Shown here: positions 15,208-23,809 of the stretch, piece after piece
How positions within the stretch are numbered: the first letter of the stretch is position 1
How the letters are laid out: each line of letters starts with the position of its first letter
From: Candidatus Heimdallarchaeota archaeon
GTDB lineage: Archaea; Asgardarchaeota; Heimdallarchaeia; Heimdallarchaeales; Heimdallarchaeaceae
Assembly (NCBI GenBank): GCA_019057375.1
Contig: DXJF01000007.1
Coordinates: 1-24,594, forward strand
Direction of reading: 5' to 3'
Length of the DNA: 24,594 bases
The notes under the pieces: generated by a model
What the model was told of the DNA's origin: nothing
Database searches by the model: none
What the model saw: only the letters and a program-made list of their open reading frames with translations
Position numbers and translations under genes: made by a program

Positions 15208-15230
15208 AAAGAGTGTAGCGCCTACTCTTT
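15208..15230. other. hairpin at island/host transition
   Basis: AAAGAGT-GTAGCGCCT-ACTCTTT, 7-bp perfect arms. Confidence 0.35.
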
Positions 15231-15366
15231 AGTAGTCTAGATACATTACTCCACCTTATTAGAAAACCCCTTCTCATATAATACTGCCAGCTTACGTCAA
15301 TAATACACTCAAACTTTTATTGCTTGAAAAAACAATTTTATAGCTCTTCGTGTAAAACAGTGAACA

Positions 15367-15759
15367 ATGATAAAAATAGTTATCCTAGTTGGAAGCATTA
15401 TTACACTTGGATTTGCTGTCTGGCATTTTCTAGTTCCTTGGAAATATAAGTGGTTCAGTTACATGCCTAATATCTCTAAGGATTTAGAAAATTCAATTAA
15501 AGCCACAAATTTCCTTTTCGCTCTTTCTTTACTTCTATTAGGCAGTTTGTCTTTAATAGTTACAAGCTGGTTATGGGAAAATACTTTGATTGTAAGAATC
15601 GTATTAGTAATGATGTCTATACTTTGGACTGCTAGAGTTATTTATCAAATCATTAAACCACAAGGAAAAATGCTTCAGCATGTCTCCACAATAATGTTAG
15701 GCACTTTTATCATAACAGATTTGTTGTTCGTTATCCCAATGTTCATCGTATTCTTCTAA
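15367..15759 (+). CDS. integral membrane protein (about 4 TM)
   Basis: 130 aa with four hydrophobic segments. Confidence 0.8.
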   Translation: MIKIVILVGSIITLGFAVWHFLVPWKYKWFSYMPNISKDLENSIKATNFLFALSLLLLGSLSLIVTSWLWENTLIVRIVLVMMSILWTARVIYQIIKPQGKMLQHVSTIMLGTFIITDLLFVIPMFIVFF

Positions 15760-15815
15760 TAATTTAGAAATATTAATATAGAAAGCAAGGTGTTAGAAAT
15801 AATAGAGATGATATT

Positions 15816-16196
15816 ATGCCTCGTCCAGCAGCTTTCTTAGGCGGAGCTTTAACAGCTATAGGTATTTTTGGTGTGATTATTTCAATAGTCCAGTTAACTG
15901 ATAAGTATTGGTGGCTACTGTTTTATCTTGGTATAGGGATAATTGGTGGTTTCTCCCTTGGATCAGTTTCAGCATCTTTTAAAGAACAAGAAAAGAATGC
16001 TTATTTGACGCTAACCGGATTTATGCTAGCAGCATTAATTTTGCTAACTGTTTTTCTAGGAATATGGCAAAACAGTAATCCTGCTTTAAACACTGTTTTA
16101 GGTGGCATTTGGGTAATTATCATTGCTGCAGCTTCAGGTTTGGTCACATTTATTGGAACGACTTTAATGTCAGTTGGCGAAGGTTTCAAAAGATAA
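15816..16196 (+). CDS. integral membrane protein (about 4 TM, Gly/Ala-rich)
   Basis: 126 aa with four hydrophobic segments. Confidence 0.8.
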   Translation: MPRPAAFLGGALTAIGIFGVIISIVQLTDKYWWLLFYLGIGIIGGFSLGSVSASFKEQEKNAYLTLTGFMLAALILLTVFLGIWQNSNPALNTVLGGIWVIIIAAASGLVTFIGTTLMSVGEGFKR

Positions 16197-16283
16197 TTTT
16201 CTCGTTAACACTTCCACAATCTTTTTTTTCCCATAAGACTTAATATCTTCTAAGTAGCTATAATATTTAAAAAAAAGAGAACG

Positions 16284-17438
16284 ATGTTTATGAAAAATAT
16301 AAAATTCTTTCATCTTGGACAATTTTTTGGTAAAAGAGCCTTGATTGCGACACTTCTCGGTGCTGGACTTGCCGTTGTAACAGAATATGTTCTTCCAAAG
16401 TTCGGAATTTTTGCTTACTCCGCTATTCAATACTGGATTACCCCCGCAACCATAACATTTACTCTTGCAGTAATTATCATATTTAGTGCAATTGCGAAAA
16501 ACTTAGTAGCATCTATTCTTATAGGAACAGCAGCTATTCTTTCTTTTTATAGTCCTTATACAGCAGGAATTTACGATTATGGCTTTTGGTCAATTGTAAT
16601 AATTTACCTAGTCACCGCATTTTTCTCAGGATTGTTTGCAGCAATAGAGATGTCTGGAAGAACAGCTCTGTTAGTTGTTGGAATTGTATATGGAATACAA
16701 GGATTCATTGGTGCAGGAACTAGTATGTTCCTTGGTTTAACTAATATGCATTTACCATTTCATGATAATTATCTCGGAATTGCATATGGTAAGACGATGG
16801 GTTCATTTCCATTGTATGATGTGATAGTAGGAGGATTTTCATTTATCTTCATGTTAGTTTTTATCATTCTTTCTCGTAGAAGAGATTCAATTGATGTTGA
16901 TAACAAAAAACGTGAAATAATTGGCCAAATCATAATATTTCTAGCAATATTTGGAGCAATACTTTTCATTGTTTTATCTAACGTTATGTTTGATCAGACT
17001 TCTGCAGAGTTAATTTTTGGTGATAAAAATACTAGATTTATGAATCTTCTTTTTGCTAAGAATCTTACAGGTGGGTTTATGGCAATTAAATTGCTTAATG
17101 TATTCTATATTCTACCCATTGTAGGTTTTGCTATTGGAATTGGAATGCTTTTCATCATACATGGAAGAGCAAAAGGTACAACCGGTCATTTCAGAATGAA
17201 TTTTGAAGGACCTTTATTACTCCTCAATGTTGTCCCATTCTTAATAATTTTATTCTACAGTTATCCTGTTCAAAGATTCTTTGCAGGAGATGCTCCAGTA
17301 ACACATTTCTACCTTGAGATGCCAGCTTGGTTTACAGTATTCACTGAATATACAAGTCTATTACTCATAAATCTCTTAGTTGCATATATAATTTTCAAAA
17401 TAATTACTTTAACTAAATATTTAATTCAGAAGAGATGA
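16284..17438 (+). CDS. polytopic membrane protein (about 10 TM)
   Basis: 384 aa, repeated hydrophobic helices, no motif recognised. Confidence 0.82.
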   Translation: MFMKNIKFFHLGQFFGKRALIATLLGAGLAVVTEYVLPKFGIFAYSAIQYWITPATITFTLAVIIIFSAIAKNLVASILIGTAAILSFYSPYTAGIYDYGFWSIVIIYLVTAFFSGLFAAIEMSGRTALLVVGIVYGIQGFIGAGTSMFLGLTNMHLPFHDNYLGIAYGKTMGSFPLYDVIVGGFSFIFMLVFIILSRRRDSIDVDNKKREIIGQIIIFLAIFGAILFIVLSNVMFDQTSAELIFGDKNTRFMNLLFAKNLTGGFMAIKLLNVFYILPIVGFAIGIGMLFIIHGRAKGTTGHFRMNFEGPLLLLNVVPFLIILFYSYPVQRFFAGDAPVTHFYLEMPAWFTVFTEYTSLLLINLLVAYIIFKIITLTKYLIQKR

Positions 17439-17465
17439 TCAATTCATTTCTTACCTTTCTCTTTT

Positions 17466-18713
17466 TCAGGTAACAATAAACTCATGACCATCAAATGAAC
17501 CTGATTGGTCTCCGCTATTTCTCTGTATTAATCTTTCTTTCATTTTGGGATTGAGACCAAATAAGTAAGATCTTCCTTTTTGACCTTTTAGAACAACTAT
17601 GTTTTTCTCTTTCAATCGTTTAAGAAAGCTCTTAGTTCCCATATATTTGCTTCGGTATTCTGATGAAGGTAATTCTCCATAAAGATAAAGGGTAATTTCC
17701 TTTGCAGAGGCATCTTTATGAATAAGATACTCACACACTTGTCTTTCTCTATGGGGTAAGTTATTCAAGACTTGTTGGTATAAAAATTTCTCATGGTCAT
17801 CTAAACCATCTTGCACAGTAGAACGGGAGAAGAGATCTATTACATCAACAACATCTTCATGGCTTACACTTTTCGAACCTTTTTTCTGGGAATACGAGTA
17901 AGCGTCAGATAGAATAGAAATCAAAATCCATGGATTTCCTTTTGATTTGTTCCATGCTTCTTCTATCGCCAATTCTGAAAAAACTTCTGTCACTTTAAAG
18001 GAAGATTGATTTAATGCATAACACATTCGAGAATGAATTAAGTCTTTCGCATCTTGAATTGACATTTCTGAAATTCTAATTGAATATGTAAAGTGATCCC
18101 ATCCTCCATTTTTTAAGCCGTTTAAACTTATTGGCATATCACTGAGATTGAAAGATATAACGCAAGAAAAGTTTTCTCTTAGTAATTTCAGTATTTTAGC
18201 TGAATATTGGGAAATAGCAAAAAGATTGTCTCCTGTGAAATTATCAAGCAAAACTACAAGTAGTGAGTTTGTACTCATAACATATTTTTTTAGCTCTACT
18301 ATTATTTGCTCTTTTGTGGAGTAATATTTTCCAAGTACTTGATCGGCAATATTTTGCAGAAAATTAGTTAGTGTGTATTCTTTGAACTCATCGGAAGTGA
18401 AATTCACAATGAATATTTTATCAAAATCTGCATACTTCCAAAGAGATTCTTTTAACCCATCTTTTAACAAATTCATCAAATAAGATTTTCCTGATTTAAT
18501 ATCCCCCATGATAGAACAAATAGATTTACCATTTTTTATTATCTGTACTAGACGTGCAACTTGAATGTTGAGTTTTTCTGATGATATATACAACTCTGGA
18601 AGAGGGGCCATTGTCCAAGGATCACGTCTAAATTCCTGATTCTGAACATTGAAATTCTCATCAGTTATATATTGTGAAATTTTGAACACTCTATCTAGTA
18701 GGTTTTCTAACAA
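17466..18713 (-). CDS. P-loop AAA+-type ATPase (ExeA/Cdc6-like architecture) with C-terminal winged helix
   Basis: Walker A GDIKSGKS, Walker B VVLLDN, lid SKGNPWIL, C-terminal wHTH (ASAKEIT...KSFLKRLKEKNIV...YLFGL). Confidence 0.75.
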   Translation of the reverse strand: MLENLLDRVFKISQYITDENFNVQNQEFRRDPWTMAPLPELYISSEKLNIQVARLVQIIKNGKSICSIMGDIKSGKSYLMNLLKDGLKESLWKYADFDKIFIVNFTSDEFKEYTLTNFLQNIADQVLGKYYSTKEQIIVELKKYVMSTNSLLVVLLDNFTGDNLFAISQYSAKILKLLRENFSCVISFNLSDMPISLNGLKNGGWDHFTYSIRISEMSIQDAKDLIHSRMCYALNQSSFKVTEVFSELAIEEAWNKSKGNPWILISILSDAYSYSQKKGSKSVSHEDVVDVIDLFSRSTVQDGLDDHEKFLYQQVLNNLPHRERQVCEYLIHKDASAKEITLYLYGELPSSEYRSKYMGTKSFLKRLKEKNIVVLKGQKGRSYLFGLNPKMKERLIQRNSGDQSGSFDGHEFIVT

Positions 18714-18792
18714 TGTATCCCCATTGAGTATTCACAAATTTTCTATATATACTTTATTAATAAGGAAATAGGGAAAACACTAGTTTAAACCT

Positions 18793-19923
18793 GTGGATTT
18801 AATCGGAAAAGATATTAAGCTTGTTAATGATTTATCACGAAAATCAATGTACTTTTCATCAGCACCTGCTAGAGTTTGCTTGTTTGGAGAACATCAAGAT
18901 TACTTGGAATTGAAAGTTATTCCCGCTGCAATTAATTTACGTCTTCAGATAACTTCACAAAGAATAAGTGGAGATGTAATTGAGGTACACAGTCAAAATT
19001 TGAGTGAAACAACCAAAATAAGAATCAATATCAACCATTTAGAAGCAGAAAAAGATTCGCAAAATTCATATCTAGAAGCAGGAATCCTTGCTCTGAAAAA
19101 ACTTAAACAAGATATAGTCATTCCTCCATTAAATGTAACTATAAGAAGTCAAATTCCTATTGCAAGTGGTCTTTCGAGCTCAGCTGCTCTTCTAGTTGGT
19201 TGGATAAAACATTTGTCTGGAATACTAGAGTTAAATTTGAATGAAAGAACAATCGCTGAGTTAGCTTATGATGCTGAACATAACTTCCTATCAATCCCAT
19301 GTGGAAGAATGGATCAATATGCTTCATCATTTGGAGGAATTTTTAGCTTAGGATGTAAAGAAAAGCCTACGTTAAATAGATTAAAGCATCCAAATGCAGG
19401 TTTGATTGTAGTAAATAGTCAAATTCCCAAATTAACTAGCAATGTTCATGGGGAAAAAGTTGCAAAGATTAAGCAAATTGTTGATAATTTCAAAAGAGTG
19501 TGTAATAAGAAACTAGAAGACATTACTACAGATTTTCTTCAAGAATCAAAAGAGAAAATTAAATCAAATGAGTTCAAAATACTGAAAGGTGTTATCTCAA
19601 TAAAAGAAAATACATCGATAGCAGAAAAAGAATTATCGAAATCAGCACCTGATTCAGAGCTACTTGGTCAGCTTCTAACTACACAGCACAATTTTCTAAA
19701 AAACAATATACAAGTTTCTCTACCATTGTTAGATAAAATTGTTGAAAAGGGAATAATATATGGTGCTCTGGGAGGAAAATTAACTGGGGCAGGATTAGGA
19801 GGAAGTGTCGTACTTCTCACTGAGGAGGCAAATGAAAAAATAGTTGAAAAGATTCAAAATAATTTGAAACTTCCCACATATTCAGTGAAAATAGATAAAG
19901 GAGCTGTTTTTGAAGTAATTTAA
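18793..19923 (+). CDS. galK: galactokinase-like GHMP kinase
   Basis: SAPARVCLFGEHQDY, PIASGLSSSAA, CGRMDQYAS, GGKLTGAGLGG motifs. The exact sugar substrate is not certain. Confidence 0.82.
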   Translation: MDLIGKDIKLVNDLSRKSMYFSSAPARVCLFGEHQDYLELKVIPAAINLRLQITSQRISGDVIEVHSQNLSETTKIRININHLEAEKDSQNSYLEAGILALKKLKQDIVIPPLNVTIRSQIPIASGLSSSAALLVGWIKHLSGILELNLNERTIAELAYDAEHNFLSIPCGRMDQYASSFGGIFSLGCKEKPTLNRLKHPNAGLIVVNSQIPKLTSNVHGEKVAKIKQIVDNFKRVCNKKLEDITTDFLQESKEKIKSNEFKILKGVISIKENTSIAEKELSKSAPDSELLGQLLTTQHNFLKNNIQVSLPLLDKIVEKGIIYGALGGKLTGAGLGGSVVLLTEEANEKIVEKIQNNLKLPTYSVKIDKGAVFEVI

Positions 19924-19934
19924 ACGATAGAATC

Positions 19935-20792
19935 TTAGATTTCGAAATGCAAGATGGTTTGTGCTACTTTAACAGCTTCCAAAGTAGGTTTTACATCGTG
20001 AGTTCTAATGATATGTACGCCATTTACAAGAGCAATTATAGTTGCCCCCAACGTCCCAAAAAGCCTTTGTTCTGGAGGAGCATCATTTAGTATTTTGCCA
20101 ATTGATGTTTTTCTACTTATGCCCACATAAACAGGTTTGTTTAGTATCCTGAATTCTTCTAAATTCTTAATAATTACAAAATCATGCTGATAATCTCTAG
20201 CCTCCCAACTACCTATACCAGGATCAATTATTATTTTTGTCTCATCAATACCGTGTTTATTACCTATTTCAATACTTTTTCTTAATTCAGAGATGATATC
20301 ATTAATTAGATATACGTCGCCTGGCTCATTTCTAGCTGCCATAACAACCGCTGTTCCATCGAAATCAGCAATGTATTTAGCTATTTTTTCATCTTTTTTA
20401 AAACCAGAAATATCGTTTATGATGTTAACTCCCTTGTTCAATGAATGCTCCACAACTGCTGAACGTTGAGTATCAATTGAAATTTCAATATTATTGTAAC
20501 TACTTAGAACATCCATTGTTACTTCCAATGTTTCCTTTATGATTTGAAGTTCTGTTACTTCATCAACTCTACCTTCACCACCATAGATCTGAATAGGTCT
20601 GGTAGATTGAGCACCTAAATCGATGCCATGCACACCTTCGTTTATCATGTTGGTAACCATTTTTTCTAAATCATCTGATGAAGAAACTTTTGATCCTAGA
20701 TAGAAAGATGCTTCTGATAGATTAACTACACCAATAATTTTTGTAGGATGTTTATCTCCAACTAATAATTTACCCAAAAATCCTTCAATCAT
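19935..20792 (-). CDS. folP: dihydropteroate synthase
   Basis: IIGVVNL..SFY, DLGAQSTRP, ISIDT, INDISG, IIDPGIG, GISRK, IRTHDV motifs. Confidence 0.92.
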   Translation of the reverse strand: MIEGFLGKLLVGDKHPTKIIGVVNLSEASFYLGSKVSSSDDLEKMVTNMINEGVHGIDLGAQSTRPIQIYGGEGRVDEVTELQIIKETLEVTMDVLSSYNNIEISIDTQRSAVVEHSLNKGVNIINDISGFKKDEKIAKYIADFDGTAVVMAARNEPGDVYLINDIISELRKSIEIGNKHGIDETKIIIDPGIGSWEARDYQHDFVIIKNLEEFRILNKPVYVGISRKTSIGKILNDAPPEQRLFGTLGATIIALVNGVHIIRTHDVKPTLEAVKVAQTILHFEI

Positions 20793-20804
20793 AGCAACAT
20801 CTCT

Positions 20805-21593
20805 TTATTCATTTATTTTGTTAACAAAAGGTCCGATAAACATACATTCTTCAGCAGAGATAAGAGTGTTGAGATCCATTTCTTCATCTTTTGATATTCT
20901 TATCATCGGAAAACCTCTGATAATAGCAAAAGGAATCATTTCATCTGTTTCTCCCATTACAATTTCTGCAGCTGTTGCTAGTTGATCAGCTATTGCTCTA
21001 ACTGTAATGTGCATGGGTCTTCCAAAGAGATCATCTTTTCCTCTCTCATCAAGAATTGATAAAAAACCATAAGTAGCTAATGCACAACCCACTGTCCCTA
21101 ATCTCAAAGGTGTAGTCCTTGAATCAGCAATGATAATCCCAACATACTTTTTCATTTTTTCAAAAATTCGCTTATGTATATTCTCTGCTGATTTCTTACA
21201 ATTTCTTGGTAAAAGGATTATTTTCCCTTTTCCAGAGTTAGATTGATCAGCTCCTGCATTTGCTAACAGACCATATTTATTAATTGTAGTAATTGCTCCA
21301 GGAACAGCCCCTGTATAATTGCCATTAGATTCATCTAGGATAACTTGAGCAAATTCCGGTTCCATATGGGCATTCTTAGCAAGTTCAATTGCTTCTTTAG
21401 ATGGTTTAATAGATGTAAATGACACTATACCAGCTTCGACAACTGCAACTATTTTACTTGCAATAACAAGAATATCATCATCTTTGAACTCTATTTTGCT
21501 TACTCTAAGTGACTCTTCAAGAATTGAGAGTAAATCATCACTTTCTTCTACTAATTTGCAAGAGGGTATAGGTATAATCTCTAAATTTGGCAT
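20805..21593 (-). CDS. cofE: coenzyme F420-0:L-glutamate ligase family (CofE-like) protein
   Basis: DDILVIASKIVA, ANAGADQSN, IIADSRTTPLRLG, DLFGR, ADQLATAAEIVMGE.DE.IPFAIIRG motifs. Confidence 0.87.
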   Translation of the reverse strand: MPNLEIIPIPSCKLVEESDDLLSILEESLRVSKIEFKDDDILVIASKIVAVVEAGIVSFTSIKPSKEAIELAKNAHMEPEFAQVILDESNGNYTGAVPGAITTINKYGLLANAGADQSNSGKGKIILLPRNCKKSAENIHKRIFEKMKKYVGIIIADSRTTPLRLGTVGCALATYGFLSILDERGKDDLFGRPMHITVRAIADQLATAAEIVMGETDEMIPFAIIRGFPMIRISKDEEMDLNTLISAEECMFIGPFVNKINE

Positions 21594-21663
21594 TATGTTA
21601 CTATGAATTATATCATTAAAAAAATTCTTCGGCTGATGTTAGTTTTAATTAAGATTCTGGAAT

Positions 21664-22503
21664 TTAAGCCAGAAAAGCTACAAGTATCCACGAGATTGCT
21701 ATGATAATTACAGCAACCACATTAAGAACAGCATATAGATTGGATGTTTCTTCATTGTAAATGTGATTAACATCTCTTGCAATTTCATTCAGTTTAGTAT
21801 CAATGGATTCGAGAATGCCTTTACCTTCTCCGCCTTCGATAAACTGTTCAGTTGATGAGCTTAGAACATCTATGAAACCATGTAGCATTTTTTTATCATT
21901 TTCTAGCATACTAGGTGAGGTAATTGCATGTAGTTTTTCGTGTAGTTGTTTAACTTCTTCTGAAGATAACTGTGGCATTTCCCATTTTATGTCAAACTCA
22001 ACTAAATTTGCAAGATGAGTTGTTAAATCATCATAATATATTCCGAAGGGTATAGCTTTGTAATCTAATTCATTAACCAATCTAAAGAATTTAATCTCCA
22101 AGTCCTCTTGTTTAGATGAGTTATAATATTTTGAAGGGTCAACAACCAATGCTACGGCTTGGGGGAAAAGGTTTTGATATGTTCTTTGAGTCCCTTTATC
22201 TGTTCCTGAGAGGAAGCAACCATATGAAGGATGTGTATGAGCCCAACCAACGATAGTTTCATTCTTATCCCTTTTGTTCAAATCTTCAACAATTTGAACC
22301 AGAGCTTCATCACTAAGAACTACATATGTTGATGTTTGTTGTTGTCTTCCAGTATTAAAATCAGTTATTACTAATGTTCCCTCATCATTAACATAACCTA
22401 ACAACAAACCTGCTGATTCTTTTGATTTATCTAACGAATCAACAGCTAGCATCTTAGCTAAAACATATGCAGAAATTAGAACCTCTTTCTTTGAGTGAGT
22501 CAT
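21664..22503 (-). CDS. JAMM/MPN+ metalloprotease (Rpn11/AMSH-like) with C-terminal transmembrane anchor
   Basis: Catalytic E in KESAGLLLG, intact H-x-H-x7-S-x2-D (HTHPSYGCFLSGTD), AVALVVDP. Ends in LYAVLNVVAVIIIAISWILVAFLA*. Confidence 0.9.
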   Translation of the reverse strand: MTHSKKEVLISAYVLAKMLAVDSLDKSKESAGLLLGYVNDEGTLVITDFNTGRQQQTSTYVVLSDEALVQIVEDLNKRDKNETIVGWAHTHPSYGCFLSGTDKGTQRTYQNLFPQAVALVVDPSKYYNSSKQEDLEIKFFRLVNELDYKAIPFGIYYDDLTTHLANLVEFDIKWEMPQLSSEEVKQLHEKLHAITSPSMLENDKKMLHGFIDVLSSSTEQFIEGGEGKGILESIDTKLNEIARDVNHIYNEETSNLYAVLNVVAVIIIAISWILVAFLA

Positions 22504-22551
22504 CTCTCAAATATCCATTGCTTTCGTCTATAAAATATTTACTCTTCCCTT

Positions 22552-23598
22552 TCATATAAAACTATTGATTTCCTTTCCTATAGGTTGCTCAGTTAGGAAA
22601 TAATAAGCGAAATCTTTGAGAAGTTCAATATTTGGATTGTCGGTAGGTATATTTTGGACTGTGGTTTTATCCAGTATATCCATTAATGCCCAGACTGCCA
22701 AGAATAGATCTAGAGGAAATCCTTTTGGATAGAGTGTTTCCAGTTGTTGAGAGTTTATTTCTCTCAAGTGTACACTGTATCCCAGAATAAACTGTTTGAT
22801 GTCTTCTATGGTGGCAGGGATTCCGTGAGATCCTCTAAATTCAAGAAATGCTTGTCTCCCAAAAAATGTACCAATATCTTCAAACCTATCAAATGAACCT
22901 TGCATCCAAAAAGTTGGATCTATGAGAGCTATGTTTAATACTTCGTTCTGAGGAGAAGCTCTAATCATAAGATTACTCTGATGAAAATCTCCAAATGCAT
23001 CGCTTCCACCTTGGGATGCAGATATCATTTCCAGTAAGATTCTTGATTTATCCATTATCTCGTGTTCATTTGGATGACCACCAAAAACAGCTAGAACAAG
23101 CCTTCGATATAGTTCTTCATAAATGTCTATCATTACAGGACGAGGTTTTCCTTCATGAATTATAGATAAAACATATCCACCCCAGAAACTCTTATCTCTT
23201 ACATCATGAGCATCCTCATAATTTATCCCAGTGACTCCTTCATAAGCAATGAAAGTTGGAGATTTTAAATTAACATAGATGTATCGTGGAATTTTAACAA
23301 CTGATCTGGTTGAAAATTTTTTCTCCAAAAAAGAAGAATTCTTGATTTCAGTAATAACTTCGGGAGGACTTTCCATGAATTTAATCGCTAGTTTAGTTTT
23401 ATGGTTTCCTAATTCAGAACTATAAAAAACATCAATAACATAAACATCGCCAAACCTTCCACCAGCCTTATGATATTCAATATCATTTATTTTAACTTCC
23501 AAAATATCTTTTCCGAATTCTCTGCGTGCTTCATCGATTAAATAATATGAAAAGGAACTGACAAGCTGTATTAATAGAGGTTTGAGTGATTCACTCAT
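22552..23598 (-). CDS. protein-kinase-like fold phosphotransferase (APH/choline-kinase-like)
   Basis: GGRFGDVY loop, LAIK lysine, GDFHQSN catalytic loop, LIDP metal-binding strand. Confidence 0.72.
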   Translation of the reverse strand: MSESLKPLLIQLVSSFSYYLIDEARREFGKDILEVKINDIEYHKAGGRFGDVYVIDVFYSSELGNHKTKLAIKFMESPPEVITEIKNSSFLEKKFSTRSVVKIPRYIYVNLKSPTFIAYEGVTGINYEDAHDVRDKSFWGGYVLSIIHEGKPRPVMIDIYEELYRRLVLAVFGGHPNEHEIMDKSRILLEMISASQGGSDAFGDFHQSNLMIRASPQNEVLNIALIDPTFWMQGSFDRFEDIGTFFGRQAFLEFRGSHGIPATIEDIKQFILGYSVHLREINSQQLETLYPKGFPLDLFLAVWALMDILDKTTVQNIPTDNPNIELLKDFAYYFLTEQPIGKEINSFI

Positions 23599-23809
23599 GA
23601 GAGAACAATTACATTTTGGGTTATTAAATTTTAGTTTAGAAGTAGTTAGTTAAGTTAAACGAACGTTTTTACTTCTTCAAAAATAGATTTAATTTAAGCA
23701 TATTAACCTACCAAAAACTATGCAAAACGGATACTTAAGAAAAGTTAATAAGATATGAAAGGTAGTATGGCTTGAGATTCTCACTCACCCCTCAACAAGT
23801 GGTTATCAT

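Larger units (their letters stand above)
1..15230. mobile_element. putative integrated accessory island (possibly composite); left end outside the window
   Basis: Tiny coupled regulator/Zn-finger genes, defence-type cargo, iteron-like repeats, a decayed interval, then an abrupt switch to housekeeping genes after about 15.3 kb. No integrase or validated att site. Confidence 0.55.

Noticed and set aside
1-15300. Integrase, capsid, terminase or intact transposase
   Set aside because: Looked for tyrosine/serine recombinase and viral hallmark motifs in all supplied and hand-translated ORFs and found none, so the element type is undetermined.
16001-16969. Minus-strand ORFs 16001..16189, 16170..16430 and 16769..16969
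   Set aside because: Antisense to the membrane-protein genes.
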